A stretch of 64,000 nucleotides of DNA from Gammaproteobacteria bacterium (GCA_016874115.1 VGVA01000002.1:8102-72101), one strand, 5' to 3'. Shown: positions 20,764-32,041, counted from the first letter of the stretch. Notes: generated by a model from the sequence alone, not told the origin. Made by a program: numbers and translations.

Positions 20764-22638
20764 ATGCAAAATCATCAATTGGCGAAACGAACTTCCATCC
20801 TTATTTTTCTGGCGTATTGCACTATAAACAGCCTGCAACCGGCTGTTGCTATCGAAAAATTACCGGACATCACGATTACTGCGCCGGAACAGCCGCTGGC
20901 CAACCACATTAATAATCCCCAGCAACTGGATGAAGAAGACATAACAGTCGCTCATGAGCGCAGCATTGCCGATGTCATCCAGGGTTTACCGGGCGTCAGC
21001 GCCAGTAAAACCGGTGGCTTCGGCCAAACCGGGTTATTAATGATGCGCGGTGCGGGCGGACAAGGTTTAGTGTCTATCGACGGCATTCCGGTGCTTTTGA
21101 CCGTTCCTGGCTTGGTTAATCTGGATACTTTGCCGCCGGAAGCCATTAATAGCATTGACATCGAACGCGGCCCCGGCGCCGCCGATCATCCCTTTCAATC
21201 TTTAGGCGGCGCGATTCGGCTGCAAACGCTGGATCGTGCAGAAACCGGCGGACGCCTGTCCGTAGAAGGCGGCAGTTTCGGCATCCTGCGGGAAACCCTG
21301 CACGGCGGATTACATGTAAACAATACGCGATTAACCGCAACAGTCAGCCGGGCCGATGCATTCGGCGGCATTAATTTTGCCGACCATAACCATAATCCGG
21401 AACGCGAACCCAGCCATTTCACCCATGGCACATTCAAATTCACAACCGCATTAACTAATCGCCTAAAATGGCAGGGTTCGGTGCTGTACCGGAATTCCGC
21501 TACCGGTACGGATACCTTTGCCCCTGATAACAAAGATATTTTAGCGCTAAAAGACGATGCTAACAGCCACGCTCACGCAGAAACCTGGTTAAGCCAAAGC
21601 AACCTCGATTACAACGTAACCGATGATTGGAACAGCCAATTACAATTCGGCTATACCCAGGCCAAGACATTTTTAAATGCGGGTCCTGTAAAAAACGGCG
21701 TATTTTCCCGTTTGTTTTTAGTGAATTGGCGCAACCAGCACATGCTCATTAATGATGACGGCCATAATAAAGCATGGCAGTTAATCTGGGGCGCGCAAGG
21801 CCGTCACGAACAAGGCGCTTCACCGATATCCAATTTCAACGATCAACGCACGATGACCGCCGGTTTCATCGATACCCGCTTTAAGATCGGCGATTTCAGC
21901 GCGGAAGGTGGTGTCCGGCTGGAAAGCTACGACAAGTTTGCCAACCATCTCTTATTTAAAACCGCAGCCGCTTACCGCATAACGCCCGGATTAACCGCGC
22001 GCGCTTCCGCCGGTAACGGCTTCCGTTTGCCCAGTTACACCGAGTTGTTGTTTTTGATTTTCGGCAACCCTGATTTAAAACCGGAACGCACATCAAGCGG
22101 CGATATCGGACTGGAATGGTTTCCCATTAATAATCTGCGGATTAACACCAACGGGTTTTATCAACGTTATCACGACCTCATTACGGTCGATTACAGCCGA
22201 CAACGTGGCCCGATTACGTCAAATATTGCTGATGCCAGCATCGCCGGTATGGAGTTATCCGCACAATACACGTGGCATGACGGCCTGCAAGCCGGGCTTA
22301 GTTATAATTTCAGCGACAACCGCAATCTGATTAACAACAAAAAGTTGCCTTACCGTCCGGAACATATCGGCAGAATGTGGGGACAAAAACGCCTAGAACA
22401 GCTGCCCATCAGTTTATGGTCGGAGATCATCGTCCGTAGCGCCGCCTGGAACGATGCCGCCAATACCATACCTGTGAACAGTTCCATTCAGTTAAACGCT
22501 TCCGTAAAGTACCACATCAACCATCATTTCGAACTGTATGTGCGCGGCGAAAACCTGACCAATAACCGCACGGGCCAGTTTTACGGTACCTCAATGCCGG
22601 GCGCGGCGGTGTACGGCGGTTTTAAACTGGATTTTTGA
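20764..22638 (+). CDS. TonB-dependent outer-membrane receptor (BtuB-like size)
   Basis: Signal peptide, TonB-box-like DITITA, plug motifs (DVIQGLPGV…MRG…IDGIPV…IDIERGP…SLGGAI), barrel signatures (GNPDLKPE, VRGENLTN), terminal Phe (GFKLDF). Confidence 0.93.
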   Translation: MQNHQLAKRTSILIFLAYCTINSLQPAVAIEKLPDITITAPEQPLANHINNPQQLDEEDITVAHERSIADVIQGLPGVSASKTGGFGQTGLLMMRGAGGQGLVSIDGIPVLLTVPGLVNLDTLPPEAINSIDIERGPGAADHPFQSLGGAIRLQTLDRAETGGRLSVEGGSFGILRETLHGGLHVNNTRLTATVSRADAFGGINFADHNHNPEREPSHFTHGTFKFTTALTNRLKWQGSVLYRNSATGTDTFAPDNKDILALKDDANSHAHAETWLSQSNLDYNVTDDWNSQLQFGYTQAKTFLNAGPVKNGVFSRLFLVNWRNQHMLINDDGHNKAWQLIWGAQGRHEQGASPISNFNDQRTMTAGFIDTRFKIGDFSAEGGVRLESYDKFANHLLFKTAAAYRITPGLTARASAGNGFRLPSYTELLFLIFGNPDLKPERTSSGDIGLEWFPINNLRINTNGFYQRYHDLITVDYSRQRGPITSNIADASIAGMELSAQYTWHDGLQAGLSYNFSDNRNLINNKKLPYRPEHIGRMWGQKRLEQLPISLWSEIIVRSAAWNDAANTIPVNSSIQLNASVKYHINHHFELYVRGENLTNNRTGQFYGTSMPGAAVYGGFKLDF

Positions 22639-22640
22639 GC

Positions 22641-23747
22641 TTACATTAATTGAATTATCCGGTCTTGCTTACCAGCCATTAATTTCGGCAGCAGTTGCTC
22701 GCGGTTTTCAATATTCAGGCGGATAAAAATTTTGCGGATATGATCTTTGGCGGTGGTCAGTTTAATATGCAATTGCTGGCAGATAGTTTCATTGGATGCG
22801 CCTTGCGCCATTAATGTGGCGACTTCTTTCTGTATGGGCGACAACGGTAACTGCTCCAGCGCTCGCAGGATTTTCAGCAGCAACGGCTCCTGGTGTTCAA
22901 TGGTTACGCCGATTAAATCGTTCGGCTCGTGCGCCTGAGCATCCAGCCAGCAGGCATGGAAAATAAACCGGCCCATACCATTCACAAAACACCAGGACGG
23001 CGGCGCGGCCTCTTCGCCACGAAAAATCGTATCGAGATTCCGGCACAATTGAGTAAGTCTAGCCATTAATGCGGCTTTCCTTTCGGCTGCATTAATATTA
23101 ATGACCGGGTTGCTTGCCAGATTCAACAATTTCTTAGCCGATTGGCTTTGATACAACACCGTACCATGCGATGTCATCACCATCATGCCGCTGGTGCCTT
23201 GCTCGCAATACACGATGTCTTTGGGCGGCTGTTGCGCTGTCCTGGCATGAGCGACATACGGCATCAACCTGACCAATACTGCCTGTTCATACTCATTAAA
23301 GTTTGCCGAATCCGGTGACCGCTGTAAGGTTATCATGCCAATGGGCCTGCCTAAATGCAAAGCTTGCGAGATTAACAGGCGATGCTGGCCGAAATTGTTT
23401 AAGCTATACCGGTAAAAGTCCGAACTGTAATATTTTTCGTCCAGCATTTTAGGATCGGTGAACACCGGCTGATGCATAAACCAGGAGGCAAATCGCATAA
23501 TCCGTGCCAACGTCCAATAAGCGGTAGTGATGTCCATGAATTCGGCATGATTGGCAATATTGAAATCAGAGATAAAGTCGGTCGGAGCGAATTGTTTTTC
23601 CACATCGCAGAACACATTGCCGTCGGACGGTACGACATTTTTAACCGCGGCTAAAAATTCTTGAATTACGATTTGCCTGTCCAAGCCGGAACAGCACAAT
23701 TGGCGCAAATAAGCGATTGATTTTGCCTGTTTGAAATTTTTGTTCAT
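22641..23747 (-). CDS. LuxR-type HTH transcriptional regulator with an atypical (GAF-like) N-terminal region
   Basis: C-terminal LSPIQKEVATLMAQGASNETICQQLHIKLTTAKDHIRKIF is a LuxR HTH. The N-terminus has no REC aspartate pocket or AHL-binding signature that I can recognise. Confidence 0.85.
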   Translation of the reverse strand: MNKNFKQAKSIAYLRQLCCSGLDRQIVIQEFLAAVKNVVPSDGNVFCDVEKQFAPTDFISDFNIANHAEFMDITTAYWTLARIMRFASWFMHQPVFTDPKMLDEKYYSSDFYRYSLNNFGQHRLLISQALHLGRPIGMITLQRSPDSANFNEYEQAVLVRLMPYVAHARTAQQPPKDIVYCEQGTSGMMVMTSHGTVLYQSQSAKKLLNLASNPVININAAERKAALMARLTQLCRNLDTIFRGEEAAPPSWCFVNGMGRFIFHACWLDAQAHEPNDLIGVTIEHQEPLLLKILRALEQLPLSPIQKEVATLMAQGASNETICQQLHIKLTTAKDHIRKIFIRLNIENREQLLPKLMAGKQDRIIQLM

Positions 23748-23791
23748 AAACCACCCCTTAAATAGTTGTAAACGTTTGGGTGAATGTTTAT

Positions 23792-23848
23792 AGCAACTTG
23801 CCGAGTCTGAAAACGTCCCAAGCTAACAAGCAACCATGCCGACTTTCA
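23792..23848. repeat. Imperfect tandem direct repeat upstream of the LuxR gene
   Basis: AGCAAC-TTGCCGAGTCTGA (23792-23810) and AGCAACCATGCCGACTTTCA (23829-23848). Confidence 0.5.
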
Positions 23849-24076
23849 GGACATTGTTTAATTAATTCCTTAAAAATTCAGCAGTTAGTTTGGAATATAC
23901 GCTTGCAAGTGAAAGAAAAAAGGTAATTTTTCACACTCTTTTGTAATCTTTCACCGATACCGTTATTGGCAATATGATTACGTGCGCCGGAATTAACGCA
24001 ATAAGTTGGTCGTTACGGAGTTCTGCCCTGCTCTTGCAGCAACGTGGAGGTTATTAATGCGGGGAAGTTTTAAACT

Positions 24077-26647
24077 TTATACACATTTTTTCAGCCGATA
24101 GATCAGTTCCAATGCCTGAATGGGGCTTAGCTCGTCTGGATTAACGGTTTCCAATAAGTTTACGGCAGGATGATGTTCCTGATTGGCGAATAAATCCAGC
24201 TGATTAATGCCGGATTCCATGCTCTGATTAAAGTAAGCCTTGTCTTCCAAATTGCGTAGTTTGATTTTGGCTTTTTCAATTACAGTTCGCGGCACCCCAG
24301 CCAAGGAAGCGACCTGCAAGCCGTAACTTTGGCTGGCGGGACCGTCTTTCACCGTATGCAGAAAGATAATTTTATCCTTATGCTCCATGGCGTCCAGATG
24401 GACGTTGGCGACATTTTTTTGCTCCTCAGCCTGTGCGGTCAACTCAAAATAATGGGTGGCGAACAACGTGAACGCTTTCGTTTCCTTGGCTAAATAATCG
24501 GCGCAAGCCCATGCCAGCGACAAGCCGTCGAAGGTGCTCGTGCCACGACCGATTTCATCCATTAATACCAGGCTGTTTGCGGTGGCGTTATGCAGAATGT
24601 TTGCCGTTTCCGACATTTCCACCATAAAGGTCGAGCGACCGCTGGCAAGATCGTCGGAAGCGCCGATACGGGTAAATATTTTATCGACCGGTCCGCAGCG
24701 CAAACTCCGCGCCGGGACAAAGCAGCCGATGTGCGCCATGATGACGATTAATGCCGCCTGCCGCATGTACGTCGATTTACCGCCCATATTGGGACCGGTA
24801 ATCACCAGCATTCGCCGACTATTCGTCAGCGTTAAATCATTGGCGACAAACGGACTGTCCAGCACCTGTTCCACTACCAGATGTCGTCCTGCTTCAATAT
24901 GAATGCCGGGACGGTCGGTTAAGTCCGGCTGCGACAAATTCAAGGTATCGGCTCGTTCCGCAAAATTAACCAGTACATCCAGTTCCGCCAATGCGGCGGC
25001 GCATTGTTGCAACGGCAATAAATCTCCGGCGATCGCACCCAGCAAGTCGTCATATAAGGCTTTTTCAAATGACAGCGACTTCTCCCTAGCGGTTAATACC
25101 TTGTCTTCAAATGCTTTTAATTCTTCGGTAATGTAACGCTCCGCACCTTTTAAAGTCTGTTTGCGGGTGTAGTGGACAGGGACTTTATCGGCGTGGATGT
25201 TAATGATCTCAATGTAATAACCATGCACCCGGTTGTAATTAACCTTGAGCTGATTAATACCGGTCGCCGCCCGCTCGCGGCTTTCCATGTCTAGCAGGTA
25301 TTGGTCGGCATGCTGGCTGATGTTTCTCAGCTCATCCAGTTCCGGATGGTAACCCGGCGCAATCACGCCGCCATCGCGTATCAACACCGGCGGATTCTCC
25401 ACAATGGCGCGTTGCAATAACAGTAATAACGCCGGATGTTCGCCGATTTGCCGCACCAAGTCATTAATAAGCGGAATGTCGCTCCCGGCCAATAAGCTAA
25501 TTAATCCAGGCAGAGCCGCCAGCGTATTGCGCAATACCAGCAAATCGCGCGGGCGCGCCGATTTCAATGCAATCCGGGAGCTGATGCGTTCAATATCGCC
25601 GGTTTGTCTGATCTGTGTTTGGACGGTTTTATACACCCTGCCCTCAATTAATGCGGCGACAGCGGCATAGCGCTGCATCAGCAGGCGCTGATCGCGTAGA
25701 GGCCGATTCAGCCAACGCCGCAAGCACCGGCTGCCCATGGCGGTTGCTGTTTTGTCGAGTACGCCGATTAATGTATATTCGGTCTGTCCGGACGGGTGGA
25801 AATCCAGTTCCAAATTGCGCCGACTGGCCGCATCCAGCAAAATACTGTCGGCGCTAAATTCCGTACTAATACCCTGGATATGTGGAAGCGTACTTTGTTG
25901 CGTGTCTTTAATGTAGTGGAGTAATGCGCCGGCAGCGGCAATAGCGGCAGGCATGTTATCGCAACCGTAGCCTTTCAAATCCAGGGCATTGAATTGCTTC
26001 AACACGACTTGCCGGGCGCTGTCCGGTTCAAAATGCCAGGGCGCGCGCCGACATAAACCTGAACGTTGTTTTAAGGTTGCGGGCAACGGCCAGTCCTCAC
26101 TAAACAGCAATTCGGCCGGATTCAAGCGGCTGATTTCACTGAGCAATTGGTCTTCGGAACCGGCTTCTTGCAACACAAATCGTCCGCTCGTTACATCCAG
26201 ACTGGCGATGCCGTAAACGCCATTAATACCGTGCGCTGCTACGAGGAGATTATCTTTGCGGTCTTCCAGCAAGGCATCGTCGGTCACTGTGCCGGGCGTG
26301 ACAATACGCACCACTTTCCGTTCGACCGGACCTTTACTTAAAGCCGGATCGCCGATCTGCTCGCATATCGCCACCGATTCGCCGTGCCGTAACAGTTTGG
26401 CTAAATAGCTTTCTGCGGCGTGATAAGGTATACCCGCCATGGCAATCGGCAAACCCGCCGACTGCCCCCGGCTAGTCAAGGTAATATTGAGTATTTGCGA
26501 TGCTTTTTTGGCGTCATCATAAAACAGCTCGTAAAAATCGCCCATCCGGTAAAACACTAAAAGGTCAGGATAGTCAGCCTTGATGCGCAGATATTGCTGC
26601 ATCATGGGCGTATGCAAAGCGGCGGCTTTTTGTTCTATACTCATCAC
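24077..26647 (-). CDS. mutS: DNA mismatch repair protein MutS
   Basis: [46 protein letters not shown]. Confidence 0.99.
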   Translation of the reverse strand: MMSIEQKAAALHTPMMQQYLRIKADYPDLLVFYRMGDFYELFYDDAKKASQILNITLTSRGQSAGLPIAMAGIPYHAAESYLAKLLRHGESVAICEQIGDPALSKGPVERKVVRIVTPGTVTDDALLEDRKDNLLVAAHGINGVYGIASLDVTSGRFVLQEAGSEDQLLSEISRLNPAELLFSEDWPLPATLKQRSGLCRRAPWHFEPDSARQVVLKQFNALDLKGYGCDNMPAAIAAAGALLHYIKDTQQSTLPHIQGISTEFSADSILLDAASRRNLELDFHPSGQTEYTLIGVLDKTATAMGSRCLRRWLNRPLRDQRLLMQRYAAVAALIEGRVYKTVQTQIRQTGDIERISSRIALKSARPRDLLVLRNTLAALPGLISLLAGSDIPLINDLVRQIGEHPALLLLLQRAIVENPPVLIRDGGVIAPGYHPELDELRNISQHADQYLLDMESRERAATGINQLKVNYNRVHGYYIEIINIHADKVPVHYTRKQTLKGAERYITEELKAFEDKVLTAREKSLSFEKALYDDLLGAIAGDLLPLQQCAAALAELDVLVNFAERADTLNLSQPDLTDRPGIHIEAGRHLVVEQVLDSPFVANDLTLTNSRRMLVITGPNMGGKSTYMRQAALIVIMAHIGCFVPARSLRCGPVDKIFTRIGASDDLASGRSTFMVEMSETANILHNATANSLVLMDEIGRGTSTFDGLSLAWACADYLAKETKAFTLFATHYFELTAQAEEQKNVANVHLDAMEHKDKIIFLHTVKDGPASQSYGLQVASLAGVPRTVIEKAKIKLRNLEDKAYFNQSMESGINQLDLFANQEHHPAVNLLETVNPDELSPIQALELIYRLKKCV

Positions 26648-26677
26648 GTTATTTTATCCGAACTCAGCACCTTAAAC

Positions 26678-27172
26678 ATGGTTAATGACTTGTACTTTTT
26701 GGCGGAGCAGCTAGGGAATCGTTTAAAAACGTACGGTTACCAACTCGTCACTGCGGAATCCTGCACAGGCGGCTGGATAGCACAGGCGATAACGGAAATT
26801 CCGGGTAGTTCCGTCTGGTTCGACAGGGGCTTTGTAACGTATAGCAATAATGCCAAAGTGAAAATGTTAGGCGTCAGCCAGCAAACTTTAAATCAATACG
26901 GCGCCGTCAGCGCTGAAACCGCGCAGCAAATGGCGGCAGGGGCATTAATGAATAGCGAGGCCGATTGTGCAATCGCCGTAACCGGTATTGCCGGGCCGGA
27001 TGGCGGCAGTCTGGAAAAACCGGTCGGCACCGTGTTTGTCGCCTGGCAATGCAAAAACGGGCCTGTTCTCATCGAAAAACTACAGCTATCGGGAACACGG
27101 CATGAAATCCGCGAACAAACAGTGCGACTTGCCATGGACGGTCTCATTAATCTGCTTGCACCCTCGAATTAA
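26678..27172 (+). CDS. pncC: CinA C-terminal / PncC nicotinamide-mononucleotide deamidase
   Basis: TAESCTGG, GSSVWFDRGFVTYSN, GAVSAE, VTGIAGPDGG, KPVGTV. Start at 26678. Confidence 0.93.
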   Translation: MVNDLYFLAEQLGNRLKTYGYQLVTAESCTGGWIAQAITEIPGSSVWFDRGFVTYSNNAKVKMLGVSQQTLNQYGAVSAETAQQMAAGALMNSEADCAIAVTGIAGPDGGSLEKPVGTVFVAWQCKNGPVLIEKLQLSGTRHEIREQTVRLAMDGLINLLAPSN

Positions 27173-27224
27173 TTCATTAACATCGGCGCACACGTCCGCT
27201 GTAATTCATTAATCATCGTTATTT

Positions 27225-27812
27225 ATGCCCAAAAAATTAAATTATCGGCGTGTCAAATTAAATTGGCTGCGCTTAACGGCGGAAGGTTTTTTGATCCTGC
27301 TGGCCGGGTTAACCTTCGCTTCCGCCAGCGCCATTAAATCGGACGCTATGATGATGAACGCGCGCGATTTTTCCTGGCTGCCTATCTGCGGCATTATTTT
27401 GTCGTCATTGGGCGTACTTGCCTGTCTGGACGCACTGTTCAGCAAGGAGCCGGGCGATTTTGTGCAAAAACTGCATACCGGTATTTTCGACACCGTGGTC
27501 GGCGTACTCATCATCATGGGCGTTTCGCTAACGCCGGATCGCTTATGCTCATTAATCGCAGGCTTTCTATTAATTCGCGGCATTACCCGGCTGGCCATGG
27601 CTTATACGCTTGATTATCGGAATATTATTCTGACCTTGTTGAGCGGACTTGTCCCGATATCCCTTGGAGCGATGGTCTATCTCGGCTGGCCGAGTTCCGA
27701 CGGCTGGTTTTTATCGTTATGTTTAAGCCTGGAAATCGCCACTCGCGGCTTTGCGATGATGGTGTTCGGTTTGTGGATTAAAAACCGGCATGAGGTTGAA
27801 ATTGCCGGTTAA
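27225..27812 (+). CDS. HdeD/DUF308-like multi-pass membrane protein
   Basis: About six hydrophobic helices; GFLLIRG…R and G…WPSSDGWFLSLCLSLE resemble the HdeD family. Confidence 0.6.
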   Translation: MPKKLNYRRVKLNWLRLTAEGFLILLAGLTFASASAIKSDAMMMNARDFSWLPICGIILSSLGVLACLDALFSKEPGDFVQKLHTGIFDTVVGVLIIMGVSLTPDRLCSLIAGFLLIRGITRLAMAYTLDYRNIILTLLSGLVPISLGAMVYLGWPSSDGWFLSLCLSLEIATRGFAMMVFGLWIKNRHEVEIAG

Positions 27813-27830
27813 CACAATGTTGTATAACAA

Positions 27831-28718
27831 TTACATCTTAAAGCCGTAGTCCAAAAAGATACCGGTAAACACCGCCAAACCATACCAGTTATTGTTGAGA
27901 AAAGCCTGAAAGCATTTTTTCTTGTCGCGATTAACAATCAGTATTTGCTGGTAAATGGAAAAACCCGCCGCCGCCATTAATCCCACATAGTAGCACCAGC
28001 CAAGCTGCTCCAGCCGCCCCACGGCGATTAATAAACCCAGAATGATGAGCTGTAACAACGCCATGATGTGGCGGTCGTAAGCGCCGAACAAGATCGCCGT
28101 GGATTTTACGCCGATTTTCAGGTCGTCATCCTTATCGACCATGGCGTACATCGTGTCGTACACCAGCGCCCACAGCATGACGGCCAGGTAAAGCAACCAC
28201 GCAACCAGCGGGATGGCATTGGTCTGTGCGGCAAACGCCATCGGCACCGCCCAGCCGAAGGCTATACCCAGATAAGCCTGCGGCAACTGCGTAAAGCGCT
28301 TCATAAACGGGTAACTGGCCGCTAAAAATGCGCCTACAAATGACAACAGGATGGTGTATAGATTCATTAATAACACCAACGAGAAAGCGCATAAACACAG
28401 GATTACAAATACTAGCAAAGCTTCTTTCGGCTGGACTTTACCTGCCGCTATCGGCCTGAGTTTGGTACGCTCGACATGCGGATCGAATTCGCGGTCGGCG
28501 TAGTCATTAATAATACAACCCGCCGAACGCATGAGCACCACACCCAACACAAACACCGTTAAGACCAGCTTATCCGGCTTGCCATTACCAGCCAGCCAAA
28601 TAGCCCATAGCGTCGGCCAAAGTAATATTAATATGCCGATGGGTTTATCCAAACGCGCCAGCAAAATATATTGCTTAACGCGGTCTAGCAGTCGCTCTTT
28701 GCTGAGAGTAAGGGCCAC
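27831..28718 (-). CDS. ubiA: 4-hydroxybenzoate octaprenyltransferase
   Basis: RLDKPIG, AGCIINDYADREFD.HVERT..RP, YDTMYAMVDKDDD.KIGVKSTA. Confidence 0.98.
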   Translation of the reverse strand: MALTLSKERLLDRVKQYILLARLDKPIGILILLWPTLWAIWLAGNGKPDKLVLTVFVLGVVLMRSAGCIINDYADREFDPHVERTKLRPIAAGKVQPKEALLVFVILCLCAFSLVLLMNLYTILLSFVGAFLAASYPFMKRFTQLPQAYLGIAFGWAVPMAFAAQTNAIPLVAWLLYLAVMLWALVYDTMYAMVDKDDDLKIGVKSTAILFGAYDRHIMALLQLIILGLLIAVGRLEQLGWCYYVGLMAAAGFSIYQQILIVNRDKKKCFQAFLNNNWYGLAVFTGIFLDYGFKM

Positions 28719-28806
28719 AATTTAATCCAGGAATTCACGTGGGATGTTATTATAATCGTTAGCATGAAAGCATGTTCCGATATTAGCTTTACCCAGGTGA
28801 CGACAA

Positions 28807-29154
28807 ATGACGGTGACCATTTACCACAACCCGCGCTGTACCAAATCCCGGCAAACCTTGCAATTATTGCAGAAGCGCGGCATTGAACCCAACGTAATCG
28901 AGTATCTTAAAAATCCGCCGACTGCTCAAGAACTGGCGGATATTCTGGAGAAACTGGGCATGAAACCGCGCGCATTAATGCGCAAACAGGAAGCCGAATA
29001 CAAAACGAACGGCCTGGACGATCCGGCGCTGGATAAACAGGCATTAATTAATGGCATGGCGGCAAATCCCATCCTGATCGAACGGCCGATTGTGCTGGCA
29101 AACGGCAAAGCGGCAATCGGCCGTCCGCCGGAAAATGTGCTGGCTATTCTGTAA
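28807..29154 (+). CDS. ArsC/Spx-family (YfgD-like) reductase
   Basis: YHNPRCTKSR, IEYLKNPP, NPILIERPI, IGRPPE. Confidence 0.92.
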   Translation: MTVTIYHNPRCTKSRQTLQLLQKRGIEPNVIEYLKNPPTAQELADILEKLGMKPRALMRKQEAEYKTNGLDDPALDKQALINGMAANPILIERPIVLANGKAAIGRPPENVLAIL

Positions 29155-29159
29155 ATTAA

Positions 29160-30117
<958 letters not shown>

Positions 30118-30118
<1 letters not shown>

Positions 30119-30816
30119 TGGCCGTACAACTGCCGATCCATTTCGAATTCAGGGCAAATCAAACGTTTGCCGACTTTTATCCCGGTAAAAATCAAGAAAT
30201 CGTCACACAATTAAGGCGTTCGGCGCGCAATGACGGCGAACTGCTGCTTTTTATCTGGGGCGAAGCGGGGCACGGCAAAAGCCATTTACTGCAAGCCTGC
30301 TGTCAAGACGCTTTTCAGCAGTCAACCACCGCTTTCTATGCGGATTTAGCTAACCACACTGACGTCAGTCCGGCGATATTAATGGGGCTGGAAATGATCG
30401 AACTGGTCTGTCTGGATAACATCGACGCCATAGCCGGAAATGCAGAGTGGGAGAACGCCTGTTTTCATTTGTTTAATCAGCTTCGGGATCGCGGCCACCG
30501 GCTGGTTGTATCGGCTTCCCACCCTGCCAATTCTCTACATTTTTTACTTCCTGATCTGACAACCCGGCTGAATTGGGGTTTGTCGGTAATGATTCAACCC
30601 TTTGATGATGACGATAAAATCGCCGCGATAACATTTAAGGCAAAACGCATGGGCATTAATGTCGCCCCGCCGGTTGCTCGCTATCTACTAACCCGCTCCG
30701 ACCGCAATCTGGCCGCTTTGTGGCGGATGCTCGACAAACTCGATTGGGCGTCCCTGGCTGCGCAGCGCAAATTAACCATCCCGTTTCTAAAACAGGTGTT
30801 GGCGCAACGTGATTAA
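30118..30816 (+). CDS. hda: DnaA regulatory inactivator Hda
   Basis: QLPIHF clamp-binding motif, WGEAGHGKSHLL, FHLFN, LPDLTTRLNWG, QRKLTIPF. Confidence 0.95.
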
Positions 30817-30825
30817 TTTCCTTGA

Positions 30826-31341
30826 TTATTTCCGGTAGAAATTATAATCCGCGCTGTAAGGCACTCGTTTTTCCGCTCCTATCCGGTTTTCATTGCATTC
30901 CTCAGCCGCTGGCGCAAGGCCACCCTGGGTATTAATGCGCATGATAAATCCGGTTTGTGTAAAGATGCCTTTGCCCTGGTTTTCAGTTGCTTCCAGCAAC
31001 AACCACGGAGCGGCGGTTTTATCCGGCGCATCGATTTTTTGCGCAATCTTAGCTTTTACGCTACTGCCGTCTTGATGTTTCCAGCTAGGACCGACACCGT
31101 GACTGCCCACCGGCGTGGAGTTTTGGCCGTTAAAAAGTTGAGCATCGGGCGCTTGCCATTTCCAGTTATAAGCTTGGCCTTCTTGAACACAGGTAAAAAT
31201 CTGGTCGCCTTTGGCGTGTAAAGTCAGCTGTAAATTCGTGGCGTCGGGCGCTTTCAACATTTCCGCTGCGGCGTCGGCGGCCCTAACATCTATTTTCACA
31301 AAAATTAAAAAAGCCAGTAAACCTATAATTTTATTAAACAT
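30826..31341 (-). CDS. DUF3455-family secreted protein
   Basis: Signal peptide; AKGDQIFTC, W.WQAPDA.L, G.H..GP.W…DGS, PWLLL, R.NTQGGLAP, VPYSADY.FY. Confidence 0.8.
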   Translation of the reverse strand: MFNKIIGLLAFLIFVKIDVRAADAAAEMLKAPDATNLQLTLHAKGDQIFTCVQEGQAYNWKWQAPDAQLFNGQNSTPVGSHGVGPSWKHQDGSSVKAKIAQKIDAPDKTAAPWLLLEATENQGKGIFTQTGFIMRINTQGGLAPAAEECNENRIGAEKRVPYSADYNFYRK

Positions 31342-31348
31342 AATATCG

Positions 31349-32041
31349 TTACCAAGGCATGGGTTTGCCGTCGTATTTAATGAATGAACCCGATTGATCC
31401 GGCGTGTATTGATCGATCACCCAGCACATGCCGGTCACACTGGTTTCACAGTCGATCAAGCCATTCGGCCCGCCCATGTCGGTTCGCACCCAACCGGGAT
31501 GTAAAATAAGCACACCAATACCCTGACTTTTTATGTCGATTGATAAACTCAACATCGACGCGTTTAAGGCTGCCTTGCTGGAACGGTACAAAATACTGCC
31601 GCCGCTGCTGTTATCCGCCATACTGCCCATCAGACTACTGATGCTGACAATCAATTTTTTCTCCCCACGCGTGATGTGGGACATAAATGCTTCCGCCATT
31701 TTCACCGGCGCCAGGGTATTAATGGTAAAGCTGTTTTGCCACGCACCGTAATCCAGACGGCCAAAACCATAACCGCGCTGATCGTCATAGACACCGGAAT
31801 TATTAATTAATACGTCAATGTCGCCTGTCAATTTACCGGCCAGTGCGTCGATTTCTTCGAATTTACCGACATCTAAACGTTCAATCTGAATGGTATTGTG
31901 TTGCTGGCTGAGAGCGACCAACTCAGCGGCAGATTCAGGATTACGGCAGCAGGCAATTACCTTCCAGCCCTGCGCCGCATATTGGCGGCAAAATTCCAAG
32001 CCCAAACCGCGGTTTGAACCGGTGATTAATACTGTTGGCAT
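31349..32041 (-). CDS. Short-chain dehydrogenase/reductase (C-factor/CsgA-like)
   Basis: ITGSNRGLG, DVLINNSG, YRSSK catalytic motif, LHPGWVRTDMGG. Confidence 0.93.
   Translation of the reverse strand: MPTVLITGSNRGLGLEFCRQYAAQGWKVIACCRNPESAAELVALSQQHNTIQIERLDVGKFEEIDALAGKLTGDIDVLINNSGVYDDQRGYGFGRLDYGAWQNSFTINTLAPVKMAEAFMSHITRGEKKLIVSISSLMGSMADNSSGGSILYRSSKAALNASMLSLSIDIKSQGIGVLILHPGWVRTDMGGPNGLIDCETSVTGMCWVIDQYTPDQSGSFIKYDGKPMPW

Noticed and set aside
23890-23906. sigma54-like TGGAATATACGCTTGC
   Set aside because: GG-to-GC spacing is 11 nt instead of the required 10, and no + strand gene follows.
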